Below, piece after piece: positions 54,673-64,000 of a stretch of 64,000 nucleotides of DNA (position 1 is the stretch's first letter; each line of letters begins with the position of its first letter). The notes beneath the pieces are model-generated. The model did not search any database. It had not been told where the DNA came from and was given only the letters and a program-made list of their open reading frames with translations. This DNA comes from Hormiphora californensis (lineage: Eukaryota; Animalia; Ctenophora), in NCBI GenBank assembly GCA_020137815.1, contig CM035350.1:372001-436000 (forward strand). The letters run 5' to 3'. A program made the translations under genes and the position numbers.

Positions 54673-55823
54673 TCAGCTCCGGCTGTTCTATTCATCAATC
54701 TCTCCTTCTCCATGATAAAGAAGGGACACTGGAAACTGTTCGCTGTGTGGGTGGTGGCATTGAGCTGATCGATCTTGCTTCGGCTACTCTTGCAGTTTGC
54801 ACAGCATCTGGAGTCAACTTTTCTATCCTTCTTCACTTGACAATCCTTGAAACGATGATTTCCAGCACAGTAGGTACAAACTGGATCACCGCTGTCTCTC
54901 CTGGGGCACATCACTGAGTCTGACTTGTGACCATAGCGTTGACACTTGAAACATTGAACGATATGAAATCGATCCTTCACAATGTGGATTTGAAAATCAA
55001 GGTTAATTCTGTCATTCCTTTTGCGAACAATCTCCCGTATCTTTTTTGACATCTGGACAACTGCATATCGATCCTCCTTATGAAGAAAGATGACTTTCAG
55101 TTCCTCTTGGTGACATTCAACCTGCTCTTTGATTTCCTCATTTTTCCTCAGTATTTCACTGTACACTTCCTCGGCAGTGGTGATTTCTCCAGCAATGTCT
55201 GAGATTGTAACTTTGGGATTGAGCTTCTTGGTGGTGAGAGTGGCTGTTGAAGTATCAAATTCAGATTTCAGCAGCTCTTCAGCTTTGTCTCGTTGAGACT
55301 TGTCCTTGAAAACTAGATTGGTATCCTCTTCATTCGAGCTGGTTCCATCAACTGGGATTGACTGCAGAGTCTTTCGTACCTTCGCCTTTACAACTTTCCA
55401 CTTTTCCAGCCCAACTTTCTCAAGTTTGAGGGTGTGCTTCTGTGGTGTCTTCTTAGGGCTGGGGTTGAGCAACTTTCCAGTATCATCAGTCTTCTCCTTG
55501 CCGTTTATCGCCTTCTGTATCATGTCTGGTATGTTTGCAAAACACTCCCGCATAGCCTCAAGTTCCTTGAGAACCTGTTCAGACCTATCCTGTCCCACTA
55601 CTGCTCCTTCTTCTGACTTGGTCTTCACAAGGTCTTCCTGCTGCTTGTCCATCATTCTCAATAGGTTAATAGCAAAATTCCATAGAATATCTTTAGTGAT
55701 ACCCGCTGGGGGAGCTTTTTTACCTTGCAAGATTGGGTCCATATCCACAGGTAGATTATCTTTCATAAACGTGTCCAACTCTTTCCTCGTCCATAACTTT
55801 AGCGGGATTGCCTTCAATGTCAT
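54609..55823 (-). CDS. LINE ORF1, gag-like protein with three CCHC-type zinc knuckles
   Basis: CFKCQRYGH..C, CTYCAGNH..C and CANC..H..C; ATG at 55823. Confidence 0.93.
   Translation of the reverse strand: MTLKAIPLKLWTRKELDTFMKDNLPVDMDPILQGKKAPPAGITKDILWNFAINLLRMMDKQQEDLVKTKSEEGAVVGQDRSEQVLKELEAMRECFANIPDMIQKAINGKEKTDDTGKLLNPSPKKTPQKHTLKLEKVGLEKWKVVKAKVRKTLQSIPVDGTSSNEEDTNLVFKDKSQRDKAEELLKSEFDTSTATLTTKKLNPKVTISDIAGEITTAEEVYSEILRKNEEIKEQVECHQEELKVIFLHKEDRYAVVQMSKKIREIVRKRNDRINLDFQIHIVKDRFHIVQCFKCQRYGHKSDSVMCPRRDSGDPVCTYCAGNHRFKDCQVKKDRKVDSRCCANCKSSRSKIDQLNATTHTANSFQCPFFIMEKERLMNRTAGAEMLKNEYSRKARDFLERRRTH
54660..54666 (-). promoter_or_regulatory. Putative -1 ribosomal frameshift heptamer A-AAA-AAC
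   Basis: In the correct ORF1 phase (TTA AAA AAC), within the ORF1/ORF2 overlap. Confidence 0.7.
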
Positions 55824-56036
55824 CACTAGCTACGATCTGCAGGATAAATTCAAGGCCTCGCCTAACGACAACTAGTGTCAATCCTCCGAGTAAGATCCGG
55901 TCTTCTCTTGTCTTAGGCCTTGTCTTTCTCACACAGAAACTGTTACCAGTCTCTGATAAACCCAGAAAAGACAAAACAAAAAAGTATAAAGAGCCGAATA
56001 TATACCAAAGAACTTAGCGAATTGGAAAAACGAAAC

Positions 56037-56071
56037 CTCAAATTAATTTGTTTAAAGTAGTGTTGAAAAGT
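56037..56071 (-). other. Retro-integrated ctenophore spliced-leader sequence (3' 35 nt)
   Basis: Minus strand reads ACTTTTCAACACTACTTTAAACAAATTAATTTGAG, matching the cydippid ctenophore SL as recalled from the literature (not searched). Confidence 0.85.
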
Positions 56072-56343
56072 ATATACATATATATATAAATTACCTGTTT
56101 TTTCGATGTTAATACATATTAACAAAGTTAGCCAAGTTAATGCCCCTCCCCCACGTGAGTTCTTCATCAGATGCAGAACGCCCTAAACGGTAGTCAGAAG
56201 CAAACTTCTCAAATTGTGAGTAATCATTAGAATTGAAAATCAAGGTTTTATCGGAAATTTAAGACATAGATACAGGTCATAATGATACATGGAAAGCAAC
56301 TATTACACTCTAATAAATTCTTTTTTATAAGCTATAGCAATTA

Positions 56344-56633
56344 GGGGAAACTCTAACTGAATGGCATCCCATTAATGGGGTCCCATCAACAGTAAAACTC
56401 TAACTGATAATGGACCACAGTGATGGTTCTTTCTCTGTATTCTCTTTGTAGGCAGTACATCTATGTACTGCCTACAGAGAGAATACAGAGAAAGAACTAT
56501 AGGGTATGCCCGGGCACGGGCGCGCACACAGAGAGAATACAGAGAAAGAACCATCACTGTGGTCCATTATCAGTTAGAGTTTTACTGTTGATGGGATTTC
56601 ATTAATGGGATGTCATTCAGTTAGAGTTTCCCC
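56344..56633. mobile_element. PIF/Harbinger-type palindromic MITE
   Basis: TTA|ggggaaactctaac ... gttagagtttcccc|TTA (3-bp TTA duplication). Confidence 0.9.
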
Positions 56634-57209
56634 TTACAGAACATCAGCAGTGATTCAGATACACATTAAAGATCTGCTAAATTAAGGTCATACCACATAT
56701 TTCAAACAAGTGAACTTGTTACCTCTAATTGTTTTCTTTTCAGTTCGTAATATAACTAACGTGAAACCGCAATAAGTGTTAAGTATATTATATTATAATG
56801 TATTATACCAAAACTAATTGAAACTAGTAGGCCGGAAAAGTTACCCTATGATTTGAGCTACCTTTGGCACCGTAACTTTCACGGGGTACAGACAGGGTAT
56901 GACAGATGCTTCGACTACCTTCAAAAGGAAATTTACTGGTGTCATAGGTAGCTCAAATCATAGGGCAACCTTTCTGGCCTACTAATTTCAATTAGTTTTG
57001 GTATAATTTGTATCATTTTTGGGATTTTTTATCCGATTAGATGTAGTATAACAGGAACGGAGAGAATGGAATCGCTAAATTGAAAAATTTTGACGTCATA
57101 ATATGACGTCACGACGTTATTACGTCAGAAATTATGACGTCATATCATGCATCGGGATTACCTAGATGAAGATGCTGACCAAGTTTGAGATTGATTGGAT
57201 GAGACTAGA

Positions 57210-60200
57210 TCCAAAAACCAAACAAGTTTGGTGGATAGCCGGGGCCGCAGAAATTTAAAAACATGCGAAAGTTTTGATACATGAATTTTCGGGGCCTGGG
57301 GTGCTGTTAAATTCGCGTTTCCATGATTATAACCAAACTATACGCCAGGAAAACTATCGCAATGATTGCAAGTTATCATTATTTTTGATTCCACATTAAT
57401 CATACATACAGCTCCACACATATCACGTATTTAGGTGCCGGCAGGCACCTCCGACCCGAAGAAAACAGAAAAAACGAAAGAAAAAAAATTTTGCCCCTGC
57501 ACCAAATCCAAAAAGCCGGCCCTATTTAGGTGCCGGCAGGCACCTCCGACCCGAAGAAAACAGAAAAAACGAAAGAAAAAAAAATTTTGCCCCTGCACCA
57601 AATCCAAAAAGCCGGCCCTATTTAGCCGGCCCTATTTAGGGGGGGGGGGGGGGGGGCAAATTTCAGGCAGCGATTGTGGCCACATTTTTTGAGATATCGA
57701 CCTGAAATTTTGTAGGCGTGTTCTAGTAGTATAACTACGTGTCATAACGTGGCCGGATTTTGGATTTTTTGCCTAATTAATTAATTATAGGTAATTAAAA
57801 AGTAGCCCCTGCACCGTGCCCCTGAGCATGGGGTGTTCTGTCCCCTGGGCATTGCCCCTGAGCCGAAATTATCTCCCGATCTGCTTGAAATATCGACTTG
57901 AAACTTTGTAGGAATGCTCTTCAAGCATAAAAAATGATCTACAAAAAGTTAGAATAGTCAAAATTAAGTAATCAATGAGTTATAGGCATGCAAAAATGGA
58001 CATTTCTGGTGCCCCTGAATTTTGCCCCCGAGCATTTGAAAAAACTGCCCCTGGGCATTTTAAAAATTCAAACTGTGGCCACACTGTTTGACATATCGAT
58101 CTAAAACTTTGTAGGCATGTTCTAGTGGTATAACTAAGAGTCACCACGGAGCCTGATTTTTGACTTTTTACTTAATTAATTAATTATAAGCAATTAAAAT
58201 TTTAAAATTGCCCTCGCACTAACAAAAGTGGCCCAGGGGCACCTGAGCCGCAATTATCTCCCGATCTGCTTGAAATATCGACTTGAAACTTTGTAGGAAT
58301 GCTCTTCAAGCATATAGAAAGGTCTACAAAAGGTGGGAATATTCAAAATTAATTATCCAATTAATTATAAGCAATTAAAAAATGGACATTTTTCTGGTGC
58401 CCCTGAGCATTGCCCCTGAGCATTTGAAAATATTTTCCGTTCTGCTATAAATAACGGCCTAAAATTTTGCAGTAATGTAGTTCAAGCATATAGAAAGGTC
58501 TACAAAAAGTGGGAATATTCAAAATTGATTATCAAATTAATTATAAGCAATTAAAAAAATGTGCAGTGGCAGTGCAGGGGCAAAAAATAAAGCATATATA
58601 TGGCGGGAAAATATTTTGGCGGGAAACCGAAAAAGCCCAATAAGCCAAGAACGGGGTGGGGCCAAGGTCTGGCCCACTAGCTTTTGATCACCTCATCGAG
58701 CCCGATCGAACGTGACCAATGTCGACCTCCCACGACGACCTAAACCCCTAATCCCACGTGGTGCCAGCCAACCGCCAGCCAAACGGAAAAACTGTGGCCA
58801 AACTGTTTGTTTTTTCGAGATGAAACTTTGTATGCATGTTCTAGTAGTATAACTACGAGTCATAAAAAGGCTGGATTTCTTATTTTTAATTTAACTAATT
58901 AATTATAAGTAATTAAAATTTTGCCCCTGCACCATCTTTCCCCTGCACCGCTGATTTCGACCCCCTGCACATTTCCTGAACAAGGCAACTAAAAATGGTA
59001 TATTTTCTGTTCTGCTATAAATAACGACCTAAAATTTTGTAGTAATGTAGTTCATGCATATAGAAAGATTGACAAAAAGTGGGAATAGTCAAAATTAATT
59101 ATCCAATTAATCATACTACTTACTATTCAAATTGTCAGTGCTACATCACCTAGCAACTACACCTGCACGTGCAATTATTAGAGCAACTTAGAAACCTCAC
59201 TCCCAGTTGCAGTTTTGGGTACCAAGGGCCAATTCAATTCTGCACGTGCATTCTTTTACTTCTGTCCTGATGTCTAGCTCTTCCACCCCAAGCGCTATTC
59301 GGCAACGGTTATATAGGTCCAGAAGATCTGCTGCTGTCAGGGAGCAGGCTAGAGAATATGACAGATTACGCCAACGTGTTCAAGCGAGCCAATCAACGGA
59401 CAACGACTACGGATAGCTTTACCCAACGTCGCCCAAGGGTGATTACTCCAGTCGAATATAGAAATCTCCGAATCGGCTACATAGCGGCGAAGTTTTCACG
59501 TGATGAGTTTTTGGAACAGCACTGCACCTCCATGACATTGATCTCTTAAATTCGCACCTTGACATTGTCAGGAAGCCCAGAGCGTACAACAACATGGGTA
59601 GGGAGAAAGTGAGAGAGGCTAGGAACGGATGGTGCATGTGATGTCAGCGTTCCCTAATCCAGCTACCATTTCCCCGAAATTCGCCCGTAGGGCGAACGGG
59701 CCTACTAGTTATAAGTAATTAAAATTTTGCCCCTGCACATTTTGCCCCTGCACATTTGCGGCAAATGTTGCCCCTGCACATTTTTGGTAAATTTGATATT
59801 CGAACTGTGGCCACACCGTTTGATATTTCGAAATGAGACTTTGCATGCATGTTCTAGTGGTATAACTACGAGTCATAAAAGAGCCGGATTTCTGATTTTT
59901 TAATTAATTAATTAATTATAAGTAATTAAAACTTTTGCCCCTGCACAATTTTGTTTGCCCCTGCACATTTTTTGCAACTTTGATATTCAAACTGTGGCCA
60001 AACCGTTTGTTTTTTCGAAATGAAACTGTGTATGTATGTTCTAGTAGTATAACTACGAGTCATAACGGAGCCGGATTTTTGATTTTCTAATTAATAAATT
60101 AATAATAATCAATTAAAACTTTTGCCCCTGCACCAATTTGCCACTACACAGTTTTGGCAAATTTGATATTCAAACTTTGAGCCTTTGTGAAAGTAATGAA

Positions 60201-60844
60201 AAATATTTATTTTAGGTTATGATGAACAATAAGCTATAAAAATGCCCCTTTTTGTTACACAAGCCTGTGCTTGGTATCGAGGACACCTCACACTCTGTCG
60301 CCGGGCGACCTTCGCGCGTGCGCTGGCAAGGGGTAACTTCGTAACCAAAGCCTGTGCATTGTGCACAATGAAATGGATAAATTTCATCCAGTCGCTGGCA
60401 GTAGAACTTGAAAGAGTTCGATTGATTTACCATGACAACGGATTTGGTTACCATAGCAACCAGGGAATTTGCCGTAAAATAGCCCTTTCTTGCTATAAAC
60501 TCCACCTTTAGTTCAAATTTGAGCACCTCTAAAACAAATAAGAGCATTAACTTAATTAATTATTTATTAACGTGGTGAGATAGGAAATTGATTTTGTTCT
60601 GCTCCCACTAACTACAAGGGCATTTCACATTTTGGTGCCATTATTTTTGTCTCTATTTTTAATAGGATTTACAATTTTATTTTGGTATTAGACTGAATGT
60701 ATGGGATTAGATCATTTGAGAAGTAGTGAAGATTTGAAATATGTTAGCAACTTGCCGGTTCGACAAACTAAACCCATATGATTCCAACTTCGGGTCGGAC
60801 GAGGGGAAGCTTGCCTTTTGCGAACATATATACAAACGTAGGTC

Positions 60845-60875
<31 letters not shown>

Positions 60876-62495
60876 CAAATTTCAGGCAGCGATTGTGGCC
60901 ACATTTTTTGAGATATCGACCTGAAATTTTGTAGGCGTGTTCTAGTAGTATAACTACGTGTCATAACGTGGCCGGATTTTTGATTTTTTGCCTAATTAAT
61001 TAATTATAGGTAATTAAAAAGTAGCCCCTGCACCGTGCCCCTGAGCATGGCGTGTTCGGTCCCCTGGGCATTGCCCCTGAGCCGAAATTATCTCCCGATC
61101 TGCTTGAAATATCAACTTGAAACTTTGTAGGAATGCTCTTCAAGCATAAAAAGTGATCTACAAAAAGTTAGAATAGTCAAAATTAAGTAATCAATGAGTT
61201 ATAGGCATGCAAAAATGGACATTTCTGGTGCCCCTGAATTTTGCCCCCGAGCATTTGAAAAAACTGCCCCTGGGCAATTTTAAAATTCAAATTGTGGCCA
61301 CACTGTTTGACATATCGATCTAAAACTTTGTAGGCATGTTCTAGTGGTATAACTAAGAGTCACCACGGAGCCTGATTTTTGATTTTTTACTTAATTAATT
61401 AATTATAAGCAATTAAAATTTTAAAATTGCCCTCGCACTAACAAAAGTGGCCCAGGGGCACCTGAGCCGCAATTATCTCCCGATCTGCTTGAAATATCGA
61501 CTTGAAACTTTGTAGGAATGCTCTTCAAGCATATAGAAAGGTCTACAAAAGATGGGAATATTCAAAATTAATTATCCAATTAATTATAAGCAATTAAAAA
61601 ATGGACATTTTTCTGGTGCCCCTGAGCATTGCCCCTGAGCATTTCAAAATATTTTCCGTTCTGCTATAAATAACGGCCTAAAATTTTGCAGTAATGTAGT
61701 TCAAGCATATAGAAAGGTCTACAAAAAGTGGGAATATTCAAAATTGATTATCAAATTAATTATAAGCAATTAAAAAAATGTACAGTGGCAGTGCAGGGGC
61801 AAAAAAATAAAGCATATATATGGCGGGAAAATATTTTGGCGGGAAACCGAAAAAGCCCAATAAGCCAGGAACGGGGTGGGGCCAAGGTCTGGCCCACTAG
61901 CTTTTGATCACCTCATCGAGCCCGATCGAACGCGACCAATGTCGACCTCCCACGACGACCTAAACCCCTAATCCCACGTGGTGCCAGCCAACCGCCAGCC
62001 AAACGGAAAAATCTAGTGATCCTCTATCAGCTGGTATCAAAATCTAAGCTCTAAGTGACCAGGAACTGGCATTATTAGTGCTAATTGGCGATAACGTCAT
62101 AAATCACATAATTACGACTAATTAGTGAACCGGGGGTGGTAGAGACCTGTAGGATGGTACTTTGGACTTTTTATAGAGTCCCTAATCATATCAGAAAGTC
62201 AAATTTAAAATTCCAGACCCAACTTCCCACAACCGACCCTACTATAATAAACAGGCCGCCGCGCATCAAAAAATATTTTAACAGCCTGAAGGTTGCTGTT
62301 TCGACGAATCTTCCAACTTCGGGTCGGACGAGGGAAAGCTTGCCTTTTGCGATCATAATATACTGCACACAGTGGGTCGTTTCAGAGTCTGTTTTACAGA
62401 ATAATAATGTGTTTTGAAAGAACGGCTGACTATCATGGAAACGCGAATTTAACAGCACCCCAGGCCCCGAAAGTTCATGTATCAAAACTTTCGCA
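57210..62495. mobile_element. Large non-autonomous element with terminal inverted blocks and internal gcccctg/aattaattata subrepeats
   Basis: 57265-57328 is inverted at 62432-62494; internal direct duplication 57640-58790 versus 60853-62010. Confidence 0.6.
59111..59708 (+). mobile_element. Non-autonomous Helitron
   Basis: 5' TC, 3' hairpin ttcgccc-gta-gggcgaa followed by CTAG; inserted between A and T of the host motif aattaa|ttataag; no target duplication. Confidence 0.85.
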
Positions 62496-62684
62496 GGAAC
62501 AAGATAGATAGTATCTTCACTCGCTGCATTCTCACGTTTCTCTCTTTTCTCACACAACACGCCCTACTGTACAACAGTGAAGGGGAAACATACAGCGGGC
62601 AGATCTCAGGGTGGAAGGGTCATTTGTTAATTATTATAATGAGATCTGATCAGGATTAAATAGGGAGGAAACTAGAAAAATATC

Positions 62685-62758
62685 TGGCGAGGGCCGGGCT
62701 CGAACCGACAACCTCTGCATTACATGTACATTGCTCTAACCTATTGAGCTACCTCGCC
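62685..62758 (-). tRNA. tRNA-like gene or pseudogene, Thr(TGT)-type with non-canonical A33
   Basis: GGCGAGG/CCTCGCC-A acceptor, GCTC/GAGC D stem, GTCGG-TTCGAGC-CCGGC T arm, loop CA-TGT-AA. Confidence 0.6.
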
Positions 62759-63019
62759 TACAATTTATCTACATTTCCTCTCTCTATATCACTGATCATG
62801 CCCTTAGATATTGCAGCTGTAACTCATATAGGAACAAGATAGATAGTATCTTCACTCGCTGCATTCTCACGTTTCTCTCTTTTCTCACACAACACGCCCT
62901 ACTGTACAACAGTGAAGGGGAAACATACAGCGGGCAGATCTCAGGGTGGAAGGGTCATTTGTTAATTATTATAATGAGATCTGATCAGGATTAAATAGGG
63001 AGGAAACTAGAAAAATATC

Positions 63020-63093
63020 TGGCGAGGGCCGGGCTCGAACCGACAACCTCTGCATTACATGTACATTGCTCTAACCTATTGAGCTACCTCGCC
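63020..63093 (-). tRNA. Identical second tRNA-like copy
   Basis: Same sequence as 62685-62758. Confidence 0.6.
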
Positions 63094-64000
63094 TACAATT
63101 TATCTACATTTCCTCTCTCTATATCACTGATCATGCCCTTAGATATTGCAGCTGTAACTCATATAGGAACAAGATAGATAGTATCTTCACTCGCTGCATT
63201 CTCACGTTTCTCTCTTTTCTCACACAACACGCCCTTTTTGGATCTAGTATCAGGCATTTTGTTATACTACTTAGCTGAGTTTAATAAACGTGGACTGGGG
63301 ATTCACGGACTTTTTCAATCGCAGATATCCAATCTCGGATATCAATTGCGAATAACGAATATTATAGTAATCGCGGACAACCAATCGCGGATAACTGATC
63401 ACGAATCCGTTATAAGTTATCGCGATTAATTATCGCGATTAGCTATCGCGATTAGCTATATATAGTGCGATTAGCTATCCGCGATTGGTAACTATCATAT
63501 TACTCATTCGCGATGAGTTGTCGCATGGTTAGTTATCCGCGATTATTCTCTGATTTTGATACGGATAACGATCACGGATAAGCATTGATAATCAAATATA
63601 TCTGATACAATCAGGTTCTAGATGCTAATTCGCTCTTTTCTCGGTTTTTTTAATAAATCGTCTTATATTTAAGACAGTCATAACTCTAGATATGACTACC
63701 CATTATAACTGAAAATGCGGCAGTAAACATTATTTTATAAAATAAATCTGATTCAATTTTAATTTAGACTCTGAAATGCTTCTTTCTAGGCGTTTTTAAA
63801 ATCGTCTTAAATTTAAGACAGTCATAAATCTAGATATGACTTCCAATTATATCTGAAAATACAGCAATTGACCAACGTTGGCAAAAATATATGTGATAAA
63901 ATCATGATTTATAGTTTAATTTGCTCTTTTCTAGGTTTTTTTGAAAATCGTCTTAAATCTTAATACAGTCAGATGCCCGTAACTGAAGAACCGTAATTCG

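Larger units (their letters stand above)
51282..56071 (-). mobile_element. Full-length L2/CR1-group LINE with 5' spliced leader and (TTG)n tail
   Basis: Two long open ORFs, ~330-nt 3' UTR, (TTG)n tail, imperfect target duplication atacatatatatata (51262-51276 and 56074-56088). Confidence 0.95.
62495..63235 (-). repeat. Tandem 335-bp units carrying tRNA-like sequences
   Basis: About 2.2 identical copies. Confidence 0.9.

Noticed and set aside
52328-55875. Plus-strand ORFs overlapping the LINE
   Set aside because: Antisense shadows of ORF1 and ORF2 with no motifs.
55950-56090. A genuine SL RNA gene (the leader is followed by GT)
   Set aside because: The leader appears 5'-truncated, abuts the target duplication and runs directly into the LINE 5' UTR. 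GTTTCG is a poor donor and no canonical Sm site (RAU4-6GR) is visible.

Overview
Repeat-dense eukaryotic (animal) genomic DNA with short GT-AG introns, most likely from a cydippid ctenophore (Hormiphora/Pleurobrachia type). This assignment rests on a 35-nt segment (56037-56071, minus strand) that matches my recollection of the ctenophore trans-spliced leader (SL). The only intact autonomous element is a full-length L2/CR1-group LINE (about 51282-56071, minus). Its 5' end is that spliced leader, lying inside an imperfect target-site duplication. Its AUG-less ORF2 overlaps ORF1 in the -1 frame at an A-AAA-AAC slippery heptamer. The rest of the window is nested non-autonomous DNA transposons (many are long fold-back palindromes; TA, TTA, TTAA and TAT target duplications), a short Helitron, CR1-like and Penelope-like fragments, a probable solo LTR, tandem tRNA-like Pol III-type units, minisatellites and segmental duplications. 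Host genes appear only as damaged or uncertain models: a 5'-truncated RNase Z, a small 3-exon gene, a frameshifted gene with a dynein-stalk-like motif, a MITE-disrupted gene and a transmembrane exon. No database searches were run; family names come from motif recognition.
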